Origin: Priapulus caudatus
Lineage: Eukaryota
NCBI RefSeq assembly: GCF_000485595.1
Contig: NW_014577070.1
Span: 646,354-710,353, forward strand
DNA: 64,000 nucleotides
Reading direction: 5' to 3'
Position numbers and translations under genes: made by a program. The notes under the pieces are model-generated. The model worked only from the letters and a program-made list of their open reading frames with translations. It ran no database searches and was not told the origin of the DNA. This document shows positions 12,601 through 26,900 of this stretch, one piece after another (positions within the stretch are counted from its first letter, which is position 1; each line of letters begins with the position of its first letter).

Positions 12601-15600
12601 GCGGTGTGTTTATGCCGCCATAACGACGGAACCAATTTGTTCTTCTATGCATGTGGGTTATCACTGTAAAACTATTTGCGGTTAGCGCATAACCTCACTG
12701 CCACACTTTTATGTTATTTGCTGCAGTACCCGCATAATGTCAAGAACTAATAATACACGTGTTATTAGCTCTTGATTATATTGCAAGTGAAGAAATACTT
12801 ATACCAGGGTGAATTCGTTTCAAAGAGATCATACACGTGCGATTGAAGAGAGACGGCCTTGAGGTCACCGTGATGACGCAGTACGACACGTTGGCGGCAT
12901 AGCGGGGCAAAATAACCCGTTAGTTAAATATTTGGGAGGGAAATATCAGCACAACATTCTAACGAAATATTGAGCATATTTTACCAAGCTGGCGCGCATG
13001 TGTGCAAATACCGACTGTTCATCAAAGTACTGTAAGTTGAAACTATGTCATTTACACAAGGCATGCGTGTGCGGTGCCGGCAGCTGTTGCCTGCAGAATG
13101 TTTGAAGTGGCAATAATCTGAAATGTTGTTTATATAATACAGTGCTTTACATAACTCGAACATATATTTTTTGGCTATAGCTACTGTGTAAAAATTATGC
13201 CTTAAATAAAATATATAAACTGTCAACAAAATCCCAGGAAAAATACAGATATAGAACGCAACCAGTGTACGTGTACGTGTTGAGCATTTAAATGTAAACG
13301 CATTTAATTACAATTCAACGACTACAATTTCAATCTCAAGTCTTATATGGGCTAAAATCTGTTTGCCTTGATGGCTAAATAGCATATTAGGTTAGATATT
13401 TAGACCTGTTCGTAATATACTGTACAAATGTCTATCACAAGCTATAATATATGCACCAGTGTTTTATGAGAAAGTCAAACTATTCTCTTAGTGCTTGTAA
13501 ATGTTTTTATCGTTTCTTAGAAATAAACATCGTAATTATTCATTTTATGGCTTTAGATACGACCCGGAGCTTACGTTTACACGAAGGAAGCCATATAGCT
13601 CGCATACACAAATCCGTTTACCATGAGTGCCATTATTAAAAGCGACTATCCTTCCATAACCTTGAAATCTCATGAATATTCTTACCCCCGTATTATGTTA
13701 TTTAATATTTTATATCATAAAACAACCACGTATTTATCATTAAACATGTGTAACTCTACTGTTCCCAATAAATAGAGAAGATAACGTAGAACGGTCTAAA
13801 CAAAGAGGTACGATTTTAGATGTTGAGCCTCATCGAAAATCCACACTTCGTTTAGGATGCGGTGGCGTGCTTTACAAAATAACCAACGTACGCCGAATAC
13901 CAGCCCTTTCTCAATATTGCTCAATACCAGCTCTTTCTCAATAGCCGTCAGCTGTTGAATTGTTGGAGCAAGCAAATCAGAGCCGTGTACAGCTGATATA
14001 CATGGTCGGATGCAGGATAGACGTAAGATAAGAGTGCCTACACCTATGTAGTTCCATCACTACGCTACAAGCGAGCAGTCTTCCTCCCGCGGTAGAGCGA
14101 AGAGATACCTGGGAAGAACGTTCGATTAGGAGTGAATAAAAACAAATGTTGAATGTTGATTCGAAAAAAACCGTTGGGGTTTATTCGCTCCTGGTCAGGT
14201 GTCAAATCAGACCGAACCATACGTGAGATGAGTGTCATGTGCGAGTCCGGTTCGGGTCATGCGTGGGTCAGTTAAAGGTCAGATATGTCGTGGGTCGGTG
14301 AGGTGTGGGTGAAGTAAAGTTGCACAACAGTTATAAGACGCGCTGCCAACTGCTGCTCAAGGGGTCGTTGTCGTATCAGGTACTACAGATATGTACCCGA
14401 GGTACATATATGTATACACAAAGTGTACCAGACTTGTACTACAGAAGTGTACCCTTACCCCAACACTAACCCTAACCCTAACCCTAACCCTAAACATACC
14501 TTATATAAAAATATAAACATAATACTAAACAACCTAAAACTACCTCGGGTACATATCTGCAAGAGTAGATAATATAACGAATATATATAACGTCGATAAT
14601 ATAAGATAGATAAGAGATGTTATTATCTACTCTTGATATCTGTAGTACCTGATACGACAACGACCCTCTGCCCAACGGCTTGCTCGCGCTAGACTTTATT
14701 TGTTTGGTAATTCGCGCAGCTTTACAGATTCAGTGTTCCGTAGCAGCAGCCTCCGTCAGGTCGTTATCGTGGTTCGATGTGACAGAGTCAACATGTAGTA
14801 TTATTCTGTAGCAGACTGGCACGAAGGCTTCGCTGGATTTTTAAATAAATAACTCGAGTTTTTTGCACTCAAGAGCGGCAATAAAACTTGGAACCCTGCT
14901 TGAAGTCTCCCGGTAAACAGTGCAGGGGAAAAGGACATTGCCTCAGATCGAGACGCCCTTTTGTGTGGCGGAAACATTCACGAATTTCCACGGAGTATAA
15001 TAGTCAAATAAAAATTCAAAATTAGACTGATAATGTTTATATAATAATAATAGATATTATTACTTTGTATATGTTCCTGATCTAGATACAACGCTGGATA
15101 TTTTCCTTATTATATTTATTTTGAGATGTAGAATATAACTAGTTTCCCTGTAATGTTTCAGGTTTTAATCATGGCTCGTCATTCATCAAAGTACGTTTGT
15201 GATAAAATCATTAAAGTGTGTATTGTTAATTGTTATTGAAATCCTAACCTTCACAGCTGTTACGTTCTGACGCATGGCTGTCAAGAGCAATATCTCTAGT
15301 AGATATCACACGTAGGAAAAACCAAAGTAGAAGTTCAATCGCACATATACTTGGCGTTTTTGTACGGGGTTACGCATTTAAGTGTAAGACTGGGGCAGGT
15401 CTTTAACTCGCCGCTCGGTAGCCGATTTGCTTTCCGCAACGCTCAGTAAAAACCAAACATGTATTGACAACTCAGAGTTGGTGCACGCGGAACGCTGTGG
15501 CTGCGCGTGTAATCTATGTACGTTGGAACAACTGTCGTTGATTTCTACTGTTTTCAGCGTTGCTCGCGGGGAATCTGGTGTGCTCGTCTAAGACGCTGCT

Positions 15601-17849
15601 CGCCTCTGTGTTTATTATTTTGAGGTTTAATTATAGCCAGGCAGGAAGAAAAATACCGGTGCTGTTTGCAATCATAAGCAGCAAGACGCAGTCAATTAGT
15701 GCTATCGCTCACGGACGAGAACTGTTATAATTTCTGCTTCTGAGCGCACTTTCATTATTGCTAACAGATTACGAATTTAGCTAAAAGATGCGATCCGAAG
15801 TTAACATTTATAAAATTTCACATATATATATATATATAATATAATAATATATAATAATATATATATATATATATATCTATTAGATTTTAGACTTTAGACA
15901 TGTTTTCTGACAGAAAGGCTGCCATAGTGTCATCCTCTGCTGATTTCTCGTGGCTGTTGTTGTTGGTTTGACCCCAACTGTAAATTATTGCAAGCAAGCG
16001 GAGGCAGATCGTCCGCGTAATAAAACTGTTTCCAGTTAGTCGTCGTTTATAGTCACGGGGCCACGAGCTGCCATTACAATAAATCAACACTCCCTTAAAT
16101 TATTCGGAATTTTATGTATCAGCAACGGTTTGCCAACCGTTATAATGGTGTAAATCATCGTAGCAGTAATTTTGTCCGGGCAAAAAGTGCGCGTGTTGTG
16201 GAAACTGCAAACATTATAGTTGGGGAAATTAACCAACGTTTGAAAGATAGCTGCAATAGAGCCGAACAGCTTCGTTATTTTTTTGGGCGTCGGTACAATT
16301 GCGAGCGGGAAGACTGATGACGATGATAGAGAATGGCTGCGTGCGCTACAATTTTCGCACATATCAACACGCAAAATACTCGCCGAAGTGAAGCGCTAAA
16401 TGCCGCACTTCTAAGCTCTTCAATAATTAAGCATTACTACGCTGCTCGTCTATGTCTGGTGCGTCCTTGTCGTTATTATCACTCTTAGTTTGCTCTCGGC
16501 ATCTCGCTCCTAAATTCAAAGCAGCACCGTATATAGATAGATTAGCTGCAAGAAGAACCGGCCAGCGGAAAAACTTCTGGAATCAATATATACACCGAAT
16601 AGCACCGCTGATATATATATAAATCGCCGTGAGCTTTACGGGGCATGCCGGGGCAGGCTGACCGCCCCCGTTGCCTCTCGCCGGGAGATGTTTTTTAATG
16701 CGGGCGGCATCGCATCAATTAAAACGTGCAGCGCGGCAAAAAGTGCGCGTGCGTGCGCGCACGCCAGCCTGCCTGCCGCCGTGCCGCCTACAGGCGACCG
16801 CCGCCTCCAGTTACGGAGAGCGCACGTGGGTCACGTGGCACGCGCGCAGGCAGAGTTTGTTATTTGATGCACGGATGCCCGCCGTTGTATTCTCATTCGG
16901 GACCAACATGTCTTCAGAGTCAGATTGTTGAGATGGTTACCCGTGTGACTGTGTTCAGCTGCACAGCATTTGGTATGTTGTTTGAAAACGACACGATCCG
17001 ATGGTGGATGTTTTGTGAAACGGTTTGCTTCGATATTATGCGTATATTTATGTTGACGTTTGGCGCATTGTTGGTTCGGTGATTGTGCATGTCAGTCCGT
17101 TTGGCTTCTGTGTTCTCTAACGCGTTTCCACTAATTTCTGGGTGTATTGTGTCGATATGGTTTTTGGTGAGATCTCGATGCATTAGAGTTGAATTTGTTA
17201 CCAATCGTTTGGTTTTGATATCCCGTGGCGATAACGCTGGGGTATGTGTGATGCTATCATGTTAGTAATGGTATTACTGTGAATTTGCGAGGAAGTGTTG
17301 AGTTTTTTTTACCAAGATTTTAGAGTATGTGAATTGATGATTATTGTGTTACGTAATGGAAATGTGAATACTGCAGACATACTGCAATAGCTACTGGAAG
17401 AGAATGGGAGCGCAGACATTTATTATAACGTATAGATAGTAATTATTAGTAACGTGCTGTTGCTCTCTGGTCAAGCAAAACTCAGCTCAGATGTATTTAA
17501 TCGTTACGACTTCATTATTGTATGAAATGCTAACAATAACTTTAAAAGTCCAAGAACTCATTGTATATGTGTCACAGCACTGATAGGCAATGAACGATTA
17601 TATACACTTATTATCAACATCAGTAATAGTGGCTATAATTGCTTACATTTTATAGTGAAACACATTTTAGTATTGTTTTATAAATCTGGTGTATGTTTAG
17701 TGCCATCGCAACTAGTTCCTGTTATCTGAGTGCATGAGGGATGGATTCTGGATTCACAAGCACCGAGAGGGTCTCATAAGTCATAAGAATGCGCGCGTGT
17801 AACTAACTACTGCTTATATTTAGGATTCCAAACTTTNNNNNNNNNNAAC

Positions 17850-17914
<65 letters not shown>

Positions 17915-20900
17915 TATATATATATATATTTATAAATGTATGTGTTGTGACTAACAATCCAGGGGGATCTAAGTCGAGGGTGAACCCTTCGAAATCCACA
18001 TCTGCATGTTATTAGTATAACCAAAATTAGATAGCTCTAAAGAGTCTCGTCTTGTTTATTTTTGAATTTATCGAATCGATTTTTATTACCACATCGTCGA
18101 ATACCTTGAGTCATTAAGATCAAGGAACTGGGGATGCGAGCGGCGGCGGCGGCATCGACGGTGACTCACCACTGACGGATGCTGTCGTGAGAGACAGACG
18201 CCGGGTGGGCGAGGAAGCGGGCGAGACGACACCGCCGCAATGTTTTCTTATATTCACCCCCCGCTAAGCATCGATAACGAATGTGCGACATTGCGTGTTG
18301 TGTGAGTTTAGCTTGGCGTTGTCTGCAGCGGTAGCGGCTACAGGCACTTGAAGCGTTTCAATAAAATATAATGCTAACTAAATACGAAATCTATTTACTA
18401 CCAAATTCTTAATGTTTCTATACTCTCTTTCACCTATTATTGCCGACAGTTTCCTGTCAAATCCTACGTGCAACAATATACGCTGCCGACGCCATTGCTC
18501 TCGCGGCTCCACTGTTGCACGCTTACACTAATATATATAGTTAGCAACAGTGGAGCCGCGAGAGCAATGTCGCCGGCAGCGTATATGGTTGCACGTAGGA
18601 TTTGGACGGAATTTTTACAGGAAACTATCGGCAATAATAGGTGAAAGAGAGTATAGAAACATTAAGAATTTGGTAGTTTATAGATTTCGTATTTGGTTAG
18701 CATTATATTTTATTGAAACGCTTCAAGTGCCTGTGGTAGCGGCGGCGATGGCGGCGGCGGTGACTGCTAACAGTGGAATCATTCCCGCATCTGTATCGCG
18801 CCGTGGGTTTTTTTCCGAACACCGAGTGCGCATCAGCTTGTAGGAATTTTGCACGCTCAAAAAACCATTGCACGTGTCAAGCTAAGATTTCGGATTCTGA
18901 TCTGTAGGATCTGTAGGAATCGTGGGCATGATATACACGTTGTGATTTGTGACGCACCCTTCAGCCAGATGCTTACATTACATCCTCGCGTTACCGACAG
19001 TCACTAGGCAGCCGAACTGTCTTAAAGTACAGAATAAAAAGCAGATTTTCAGCACCTTAATACTGCAGTAATTTACGGAGCCTCTGTTTCTAACTAGGAT
19101 CGTGTTTCGGAATATAACTATGCTTACTATTGTTTCACTCATGCGAAGCAATGCCCGCATACTCGGTATTATCACTGAAGCCACCTTTGTCGCCTGCCAC
19201 TCGCACTACACCGATACGATCCTGTCTCGCGGTTGATTCTGTGATATCCTCTTCCATCGCCCGTGAGCATGATCTAGGCGAAGCTAACCGAGAAGTATCG
19301 TCTTTCCTCGGGAGCTGAGCTGGACCGTGGCCGGCTGGAGATTCTAGCATCTGGGATGGATGCTACGTCTATTTATTCTCACAGTTCCAAATATCTGTAC
19401 CGTCAAACTCCCGCGAACTGTCCGCGAAGAATATCGATCGACGGTAAATTCGGAAGAGCGGTGAACGATTTATGGGCGACCGAATTTAGTAGAGACGGTA
19501 CGACGCGTTCGTGTGCGTAAGCAAACTACTAGTACACGCGCGTTTCATCAGTGAATTACGGTGTGGGATGTTTTTGGTAATAAACGAGAGGTTTTCGCAA
19601 AGTTGCTCCGAAGTGAAGCTCGTTAATTAACATCGAGATTACTGGCTGTATTTATTGGCGAGTAACCCTCGGAAGTATTTGCACTTATTGGTTCAATTTG
19701 TGATTGAGATTTTTTTCGAGCTCGGTTGCAGCTGCTTGAGGATTCTGGTAATTCTGGTTCTGGGTATTCGGTAAAACCCGAATAAAAGGGGTTATGTGGA
19801 TCTTTTTTTGTTTAACACGGGAAGCTGTATTATGCTTGAAACATCATATGCGATCGTGGTTCAACTCCCGTTAAAAACCTCTGTTTAAAAGCGATACGTT
19901 TCTTTCTATCGGGGCACAGAATCATAAACACGTGTATTATTGGTTGAACACATTTTGTGATCGGAATTCGACAATATATAACCTCCAAGAATTCAGAGAA
20001 TTATCCCAAGAGATTATTTGGCATTTCTGCGATATGCACATTTCTGTATGGGTATCTTCATATATGTCTATATATATACTGGCTGGTAATGTCTTACTCT
20101 TTAATTTTGTTTCGGTATGAGCATCTTAGTAAGAACTTAATACGGTTATAAACAATATTATTCTAAAGTGAATAGCAAAAGCTTGCTAATAGCATCGCTG
20201 TCTAAGTAAGGATTCTAAAATCATTGACTATTGATCTTATACGTGGAACGATATGTGTCTGTCATCTCGAGTTGTGGACCAAATGCCAGTTACTCAGACT
20301 TTTATCCATCTTGCTAAGTGGTTTGCCCCCGTAGCGGCAACAGACATTCCACGTAGCAGAATAACCGTATACTCCGGTTCAAGAAAATAAATAATATATA
20401 TACATTTGTGTATTATCGTTTGTGCTTGCTTTGGCGTGTTTGAAGTTCGTTGGTTTGTTGACTATATGCATGGGTGTGGTTGTTATTCCGTGTAGTTTAC
20501 CGAACCACATACGTCGCTGTCAAGAACTCGGGGTTTCTCTTTGTTGTGCTGCAAGCGGTGCACTGAGGAGGTAGTCGCGTACATCACCACGCGGTTTTAA
20601 CATACGAGTATAGTTGGCTGTTGCTGTAAACACCAAGTTTTAGAAACAAAGTTAGGGGGCAGATTGTAGCATGTTCCTATTATGGTGGAGTTAATTCTAT
20701 TAGAGACAGGTGTCACAGCCTTGACATAATAACGCTGAAATGATGTTCTAAGAAATATAAAATGTCATTTTCTCATAAACGCATTTAAAGCCAGTATTTT
20801 GAATTTTTTTTCAATCAGTCTCGTGTTTTCCCCACTTATACGATACTTACCATTATTACTTGAGTAACAGCTACTCGATGTAGAATTGATTTTGTGTAAT

Positions 20901-23900
20901 AATTTCTACGCAGTTTACAAGATACGGAATGTGAATGCGTGCGCACTAGATTATCTGGGTCAACAGACTAACGTCTTTATTGAAATGTTCGTGGAAATAT
21001 GCTATTTATGCAGTTATCAATAAGTTATTATAAGTTATCAATAATAACCACCCTATAGGTTTTCAGCGTTGGGATTTTGGCCTAGGGTTTCGTTCAGCAA
21101 TATTTAGGGTGATACTCCATTAGGAGTTTTCCCAACTTTAATGTCATTAATGGTCATAATAGGCCTATATATATGGTCATGGTCATATATTAGTTTGTGG
21201 TTTAATGTAATTTAGGTTAGGGTTAGGGTTAGGGTTAGGATTATCAATCATGAATCATTAATCATTTATCATTAATGATATCAAAGTTGGGAACACTCCT
21301 AATGGAGCGTTAGCCAATATTTGAAAAAATCGGGATGATTGAAGTACAGTATCACAGTACGCGTGTTCCTGTAAGCCTCGAGTTGCGTTTAAACCGCATG
21401 CCCGGGATATTACTTACCGACAGCTGCGAACATTTGTCCGCATGCCCGCCTATTCCGCTGTGTTCATGTTCCATGGCTTCAGCTAGCAGGCAGCTATTTG
21501 CAAGACAGGGCAGTGGCACAGTCCCGCCGTCCATCAGCAGTGTCTGGGGGTCATGTCCATCACTGGCGTTGTCAGGGCGGCGGCGGCGGCGGGGGGAGAA
21601 GGGGAGGAGCGTCCTAGATGATGAATCTAGACTTCCTTGCCATACCGGGTCAACGTTCCGTGTGAGCTAATACGTGACACGGGTCGTTATGCTGTGGGTG
21701 TTTAAACGTTTCTTCCGATTTGTACGATAACGAATGGCAGAGTTCCCCCCTTTTGTATGTCATTTTCCATTTTTGATAGTGGTATTTTAAGGATATCATG
21801 GCAAGAAGGTGCATGATGACTATGGTGTATTTATGCGTCCCTCCTCTTACTATCCTTATTTTGCGGCATGTATGTTTAGCAAGCATTATCACAGTTATAT
21901 ATATATATATATATATATTTAAGAACAATTGGCCGATATTGGAATCAATAAGTTTGTATCGAGTTTGTAGTCTTCTTCGCTGTCCTTGCATGGCGTATGT
22001 AGGCCTCGGGTTTGGAAGCTTTAGTCTAACAGCGATGCACCGTCGTGTTGTGAATGCAGCAGTGCGTTTTCAAGGTTTTAGTGAAGAATGTTGTTGTGAG
22101 CTTTAGCCTGGCGACGCCTGTTTAGGATTCGGACTCTGCGTGATCCATCCCGACACCAAAACATCCCCGGGTAACTTGTGCTCATAGGGTCTATGTCCCC
22201 CAGGGTACTGCCGGAACGTACCCTGGGTACGGTCCGGTATACCGGAACGTACCCTGGTCACTATTTGATATGGTTAGGGTTAGGATTAGGGTTAGGGTTA
22301 GGGTTAGGGTTAGGGAGTAGGCGTAGGCGTAGGCGACTCCCTAGACTCGTTAGTGGAGTAGGCGAGGTACGGTCCGGCATATTAGATAGTACCAGGATAC
22401 GTTCCGGTATACCGGACCGTACCCAGGGTACGTTCCGGCAGTACCCCGGGGGACATAGACCCTCTCAGCGTAACTTGGTTTGGTGTAAATAGCAACATTT
22501 TTGATGCGACGGGTCGTATTACTGGCTAACTGCCGCTTTGGGTGTATATTTTTGCATAGCGAAGATGTTTCTGTGATCCAGATCGTTAAAAGCATTTTTG
22601 GTTTGCAGGGCGGAAAAAAATCTGTGAAACGTTTTGTAGTTAAAAATATGCTGCCCAGGAGCACCAATTTTTACGCAGAATGTTTATATTCACGTTCTCT
22701 AAATTGGTGCTGTGGTAGCAGTTGTTCCACTATTTCATTATTTTCCGCTTTAACGAGCGACATTTGTTGATCTTTCGGGTCGATTTGTGGTGGATTTGTG
22801 CGCAATTTTGTTGAACCACTGACCGTGTAAAACATGTATTACGCTTATTACTGAAGTGGTGAAATGTTCCGACATTCAGAAAATTCCTTCTACACAGTCA
22901 AATAGGCTGTTATGCTGGGAAGTAAGTGCAATGGTTATACAGCCATAGGCAAATTAAAGTGTTTGTGAGATGTTTATCTGAGGGTTAGGATGAGAAAGAG
23001 GCATTGAGTATACACGCTAACTTTGGTTACGAAAATAAATGCCAAAAGCCTTTAAGCAAATTATCAGGAACATGACTTTCACCACCTGCTGGAAGGGCAT
23101 CTCTTATATTGAAATCATACACCAGAAATTACAGTTTAAATATAAGTGTAAATGTATTTGAAAAACGCAATGTTAGGTGATGTGTGCTCCCATACCAATA
23201 TTTCAACATTTGTTTACTAAAAAACACAGATCTTTTTATTAGCGAAAGATTAGTATTTAACCATTTCAAGTGCTATACATGTTCAATGTAATAACAGCTC
23301 ACATATTATTTTACAGTTGTAAACAGTGAACTTGTTTCATCGCTGTTCCATTGTTATAAACTACTCGTTAATCCCTCGTGTTTAACATCTGGCTCGTTCG
23401 TTGCTGTTTCCACAGGCAAAACAAGAAAACGTAGTTGAGCTGCTAGGACAGGCAGATACCCTTATTCACGTACAGAAGGAACAGAAAGCGAGCGAGGTTT
23501 ACCAGGCGATGGCAGAGTCACTCGGCGATGCGTGGAAGGACCTGAATGCGCAGTTAGAACTGCGCAAGGTCCTTCTCGATCAGTCCGTAGCGTTCCACCA
23601 GAAGGCAGATGACGTGAGTATACCCTGGTTGGCAGAGGTTTCCGTTGTCTCAAACGTTGGTAATTATACCGGGATTGTAGCCAAGGGTGTGGAGTGAACG
23701 TCTCCATTGAGTTAATGTGGCTTAACATGGAACGCAATTCGTGTAGGCATAAAAACAGTCTGGAGCTATTGCTAATCCTAGCTGTAATTCAGCTGTTTCC
23801 TTACATAAACAGTCATAAAATTAGTTTTTCCCTTGCATTTTTGAAATGATATAAGCAGCACCTTTTTTCCTAAAAACATTTAGATCTGCAATCCTAGATT

Positions 23901-26900
23901 TATTATGAGCGTCTTACCAGTTTTTTGTATTTCACAAGCGACAAGATTGTGCTTCATGCAAAGATGCCATGATACTTATTTTATAGAGCAGCAACTGCTG
24001 TCCCATAGCTCATACCCATGGCTTTGTAGCTGCGAACATACAGCGAGACTGTTATCAGCGACGCAAAGTGTTGGAGTGACTTGTCTTGAGACCCATAATC
24101 CAGGGCCATAGACCTAATACACCTAATAAGCGTACATCATTGCCCCAGATGGCAGACCTGCTTACACCGAGCGTGGCATTAAACCGGGACCGTTTCCTGC
24201 TGTTCAGTTTCAGGACAGGATGAATCAGGCACAGGAGAGCTTCCAGACGGCTCCCCTGGCCGATGACGTCGATGCAGCTGCAAAGCTCATCCAGCAGCAT
24301 CAAGAACTGCGCAAAAGTAAGCTGGCTTCACAGTAGTGATGCGAGCACGCGATACGTAACGTCAGAGATGCCAACCACTACGATTTATCCGTATTTTATA
24401 CGAATTTCTATTCCTTTTGCACCACTACGACCAGTTTGTATCAAACTACGAATTTCACTGTGATCGAAAATATTTATTTTTTTTGTTAATTATTGTCATT
24501 TTTTGTCAATTTATTGTCATTTTTGACCCCCAGAATGCAGGAAATTGCATCTCAGAATCAAAAATTTTTCTGGGGGGCATGACGGACCCCCCTAGCAAAC
24601 TCGGGTCGCTACGTGACCCTTGAACTACTAATTTGATGGCCAGAAACTACAGATTGCTTCAAATATGTGTTGGCATCTCTGTAACATGGTTGGCCTATCA
24701 AATGTGGGGTTTGCGGAGGGGGGGGAGGGGGTCGTAGTGGATAAAACGGTTTATGTGACCGTTTAGCTCGTTAGCCATGTAGCCGTAGAATTGTTGTTTG
24801 TATAATGGTGTGCCCTGCTGCTGCCGCAGGCGTGTCATGTTGCCACGATTTTATATCTATCCGTACGTATTAAAGCTATGAGAAATTTCGATATTTACAT
24901 GTAAGTAATTCTGGACTGTAAAGCAATATATGGACATGCAGCTAGTAGATTTTACTTTACAGTTTATATAGGGCACCACCATGTAATGAGTCTCTTAAAA
25001 TGGGTTACCACATATATGTTCATACTTCAAGGTTATAGTCTAAATTCTTTAGGGATTCGGTGGGGAGGGGGGGGGAATTTGTGGCCTGTGTAGTGATGAG
25101 TGAATACTTTTATGGTTTCAAAGAAATGACCCACATGTAAGACAAAATTAGGCTAATGACGTCTAAAGGCTGAATTAACCTAAAGGCTGAAGAGGTTTGT
25201 TCTATTATTTATTACATTCATTTGAGGGTTATTGAATTTCATTATTGACATTTCCCAGTACTATGTAGGTGTGGAAAATGTTAAAACACGTTTTTGTCTA
25301 CTTACTGACCCACCCCTACAATGAATCAGATCTCACTGCAAACATCTAGTAGTTATTTATGCCTATCTTTCGCGATTAAACCCAAACCGAGTTTTTAAAA
25401 AATCGAACAAAACGAAAAGAAATAAAATTTAATGGCTGGGATTGCTACACGTGTCTATCTCATACATGTATGTCTCTAAAAAGCGTCAAATCGAGTAACA
25501 ACATCAACGTGTCGCACTCCGAACCTCGTTAACAGCTAACGGTTCCCCTCATGTCTGTCGCCTCCGTCTCTGCATACTGCAACTATGCATATGCGCTGGC
25601 TCACAAGATTTAACCTCAAATGAAGTAACAAAATTAATAAAACTCAAACAAAAACGTTCAATCGAATAGCGACACCAACTTGTCACACCCCGAACCTCAT
25701 TGCTAACCGTTCCCCCGTGCGTCGCCTTCGTCTCGCAGTGATCCTGGAGTCGTCGATGCACACCCTCAACGAGGGCCAGTCGCTGCTTGACAGCATCCGC
25801 GAGATCGGCAGCCACTCGGAGATGTCACAGAACCGACACGCGACGACGGCGGCTTGCTACGGCATCGAGAAGATGCTCGAGCAGCTGCATGACCGCAGGC
25901 GCCGGCTCGAGGAGCTTTGGCACCGCAAGAAGATCCAACTCGAACAGTGTCTGCAGCTGCGACAGATCGAGCACGACGTGCGCCAGGTGAGGGGGGAGCG
26001 CGCGGCAGCGGCGATTCACGTAGATGGCTAGAAGGATGTCGTGACCGGGGGGAGATAGTTAGACTGATGTCGTATTCGGGAGGGGATGTTTAGAGGGATG
26101 TCATGACCGGGAGGAGATAGTTAGACTGATGTCATATCCGGGAGGGGATGTTTAGAAGGATGTCATGACCGGGAGGGGACAGATAGAACGATGTCGTGAT
26201 GGGGAGGGATGGCTAGAAGGATGTCATGACCGGGAGGGAATGGTTTAAATGATGTCATGACCGAGGGAGACAGCTAGAAGGATGTGATGACTGGGAAGAG
26301 ATAGCTAAAATGATGTTGTCACCGGGAGGAGATGGTTAGACCGATGTCGTGACCATGACCTCGTGGTTTCGTTGGCGCTTTGTTGTCGATGAGGGATGGT
26401 GACAGCTATTGATCTCGTAGGAGAAAAATGAGAAACTTTGCACGAGATTGATTATGCTTCCTCGTGTGGGGCTTGTATGAGGTTTACAGCCCCAACGACC
26501 ATTTGTCTGAAGTATTCTGACCGCTGTTCACTTGCATTCTGTACGTAGATCACAGAGTGGCTGGCCAAGAATGGAGAATCCTACATGGACATGACAGATC
26601 TTGGGGAATCTGTTAACTCTGCTGAGCAATTGCAAAACCAACACAATGCCTTTGAATTAGCTGCCAGAGTAAGTGTCGTGTTTCTCAATGCAATGCCACA
26701 TGAATACTGCAGGTTCTGTATTATATTAAATATGCAGACGTAAGTAAGAATACGTTATGCACTGCTATATATTCTTTTAACCAAGTGCAGTCCAATAGTG
26801 TTAGTTTAAGATATTGGAGTTAATTTAAAGTTTTCTTAAAAGTCAGCCATCATATACTCGTGCTGTTTCACTTTGATTCAATATATTCACAATGATTCCA

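Noticed and set aside
18978..19350. Minus-strand ORFs near a donor-like ATA|GTAAGC at ~19127
   Set aside because: No recognisable protein and no phase-consistent partner exon that I could support.
14467..22315. (TTAGGG)n tracts as a chromosome end or fusion scar
   Set aside because: Short tracts enclosed in TIR elements, not terminal or head-to-head arrays.
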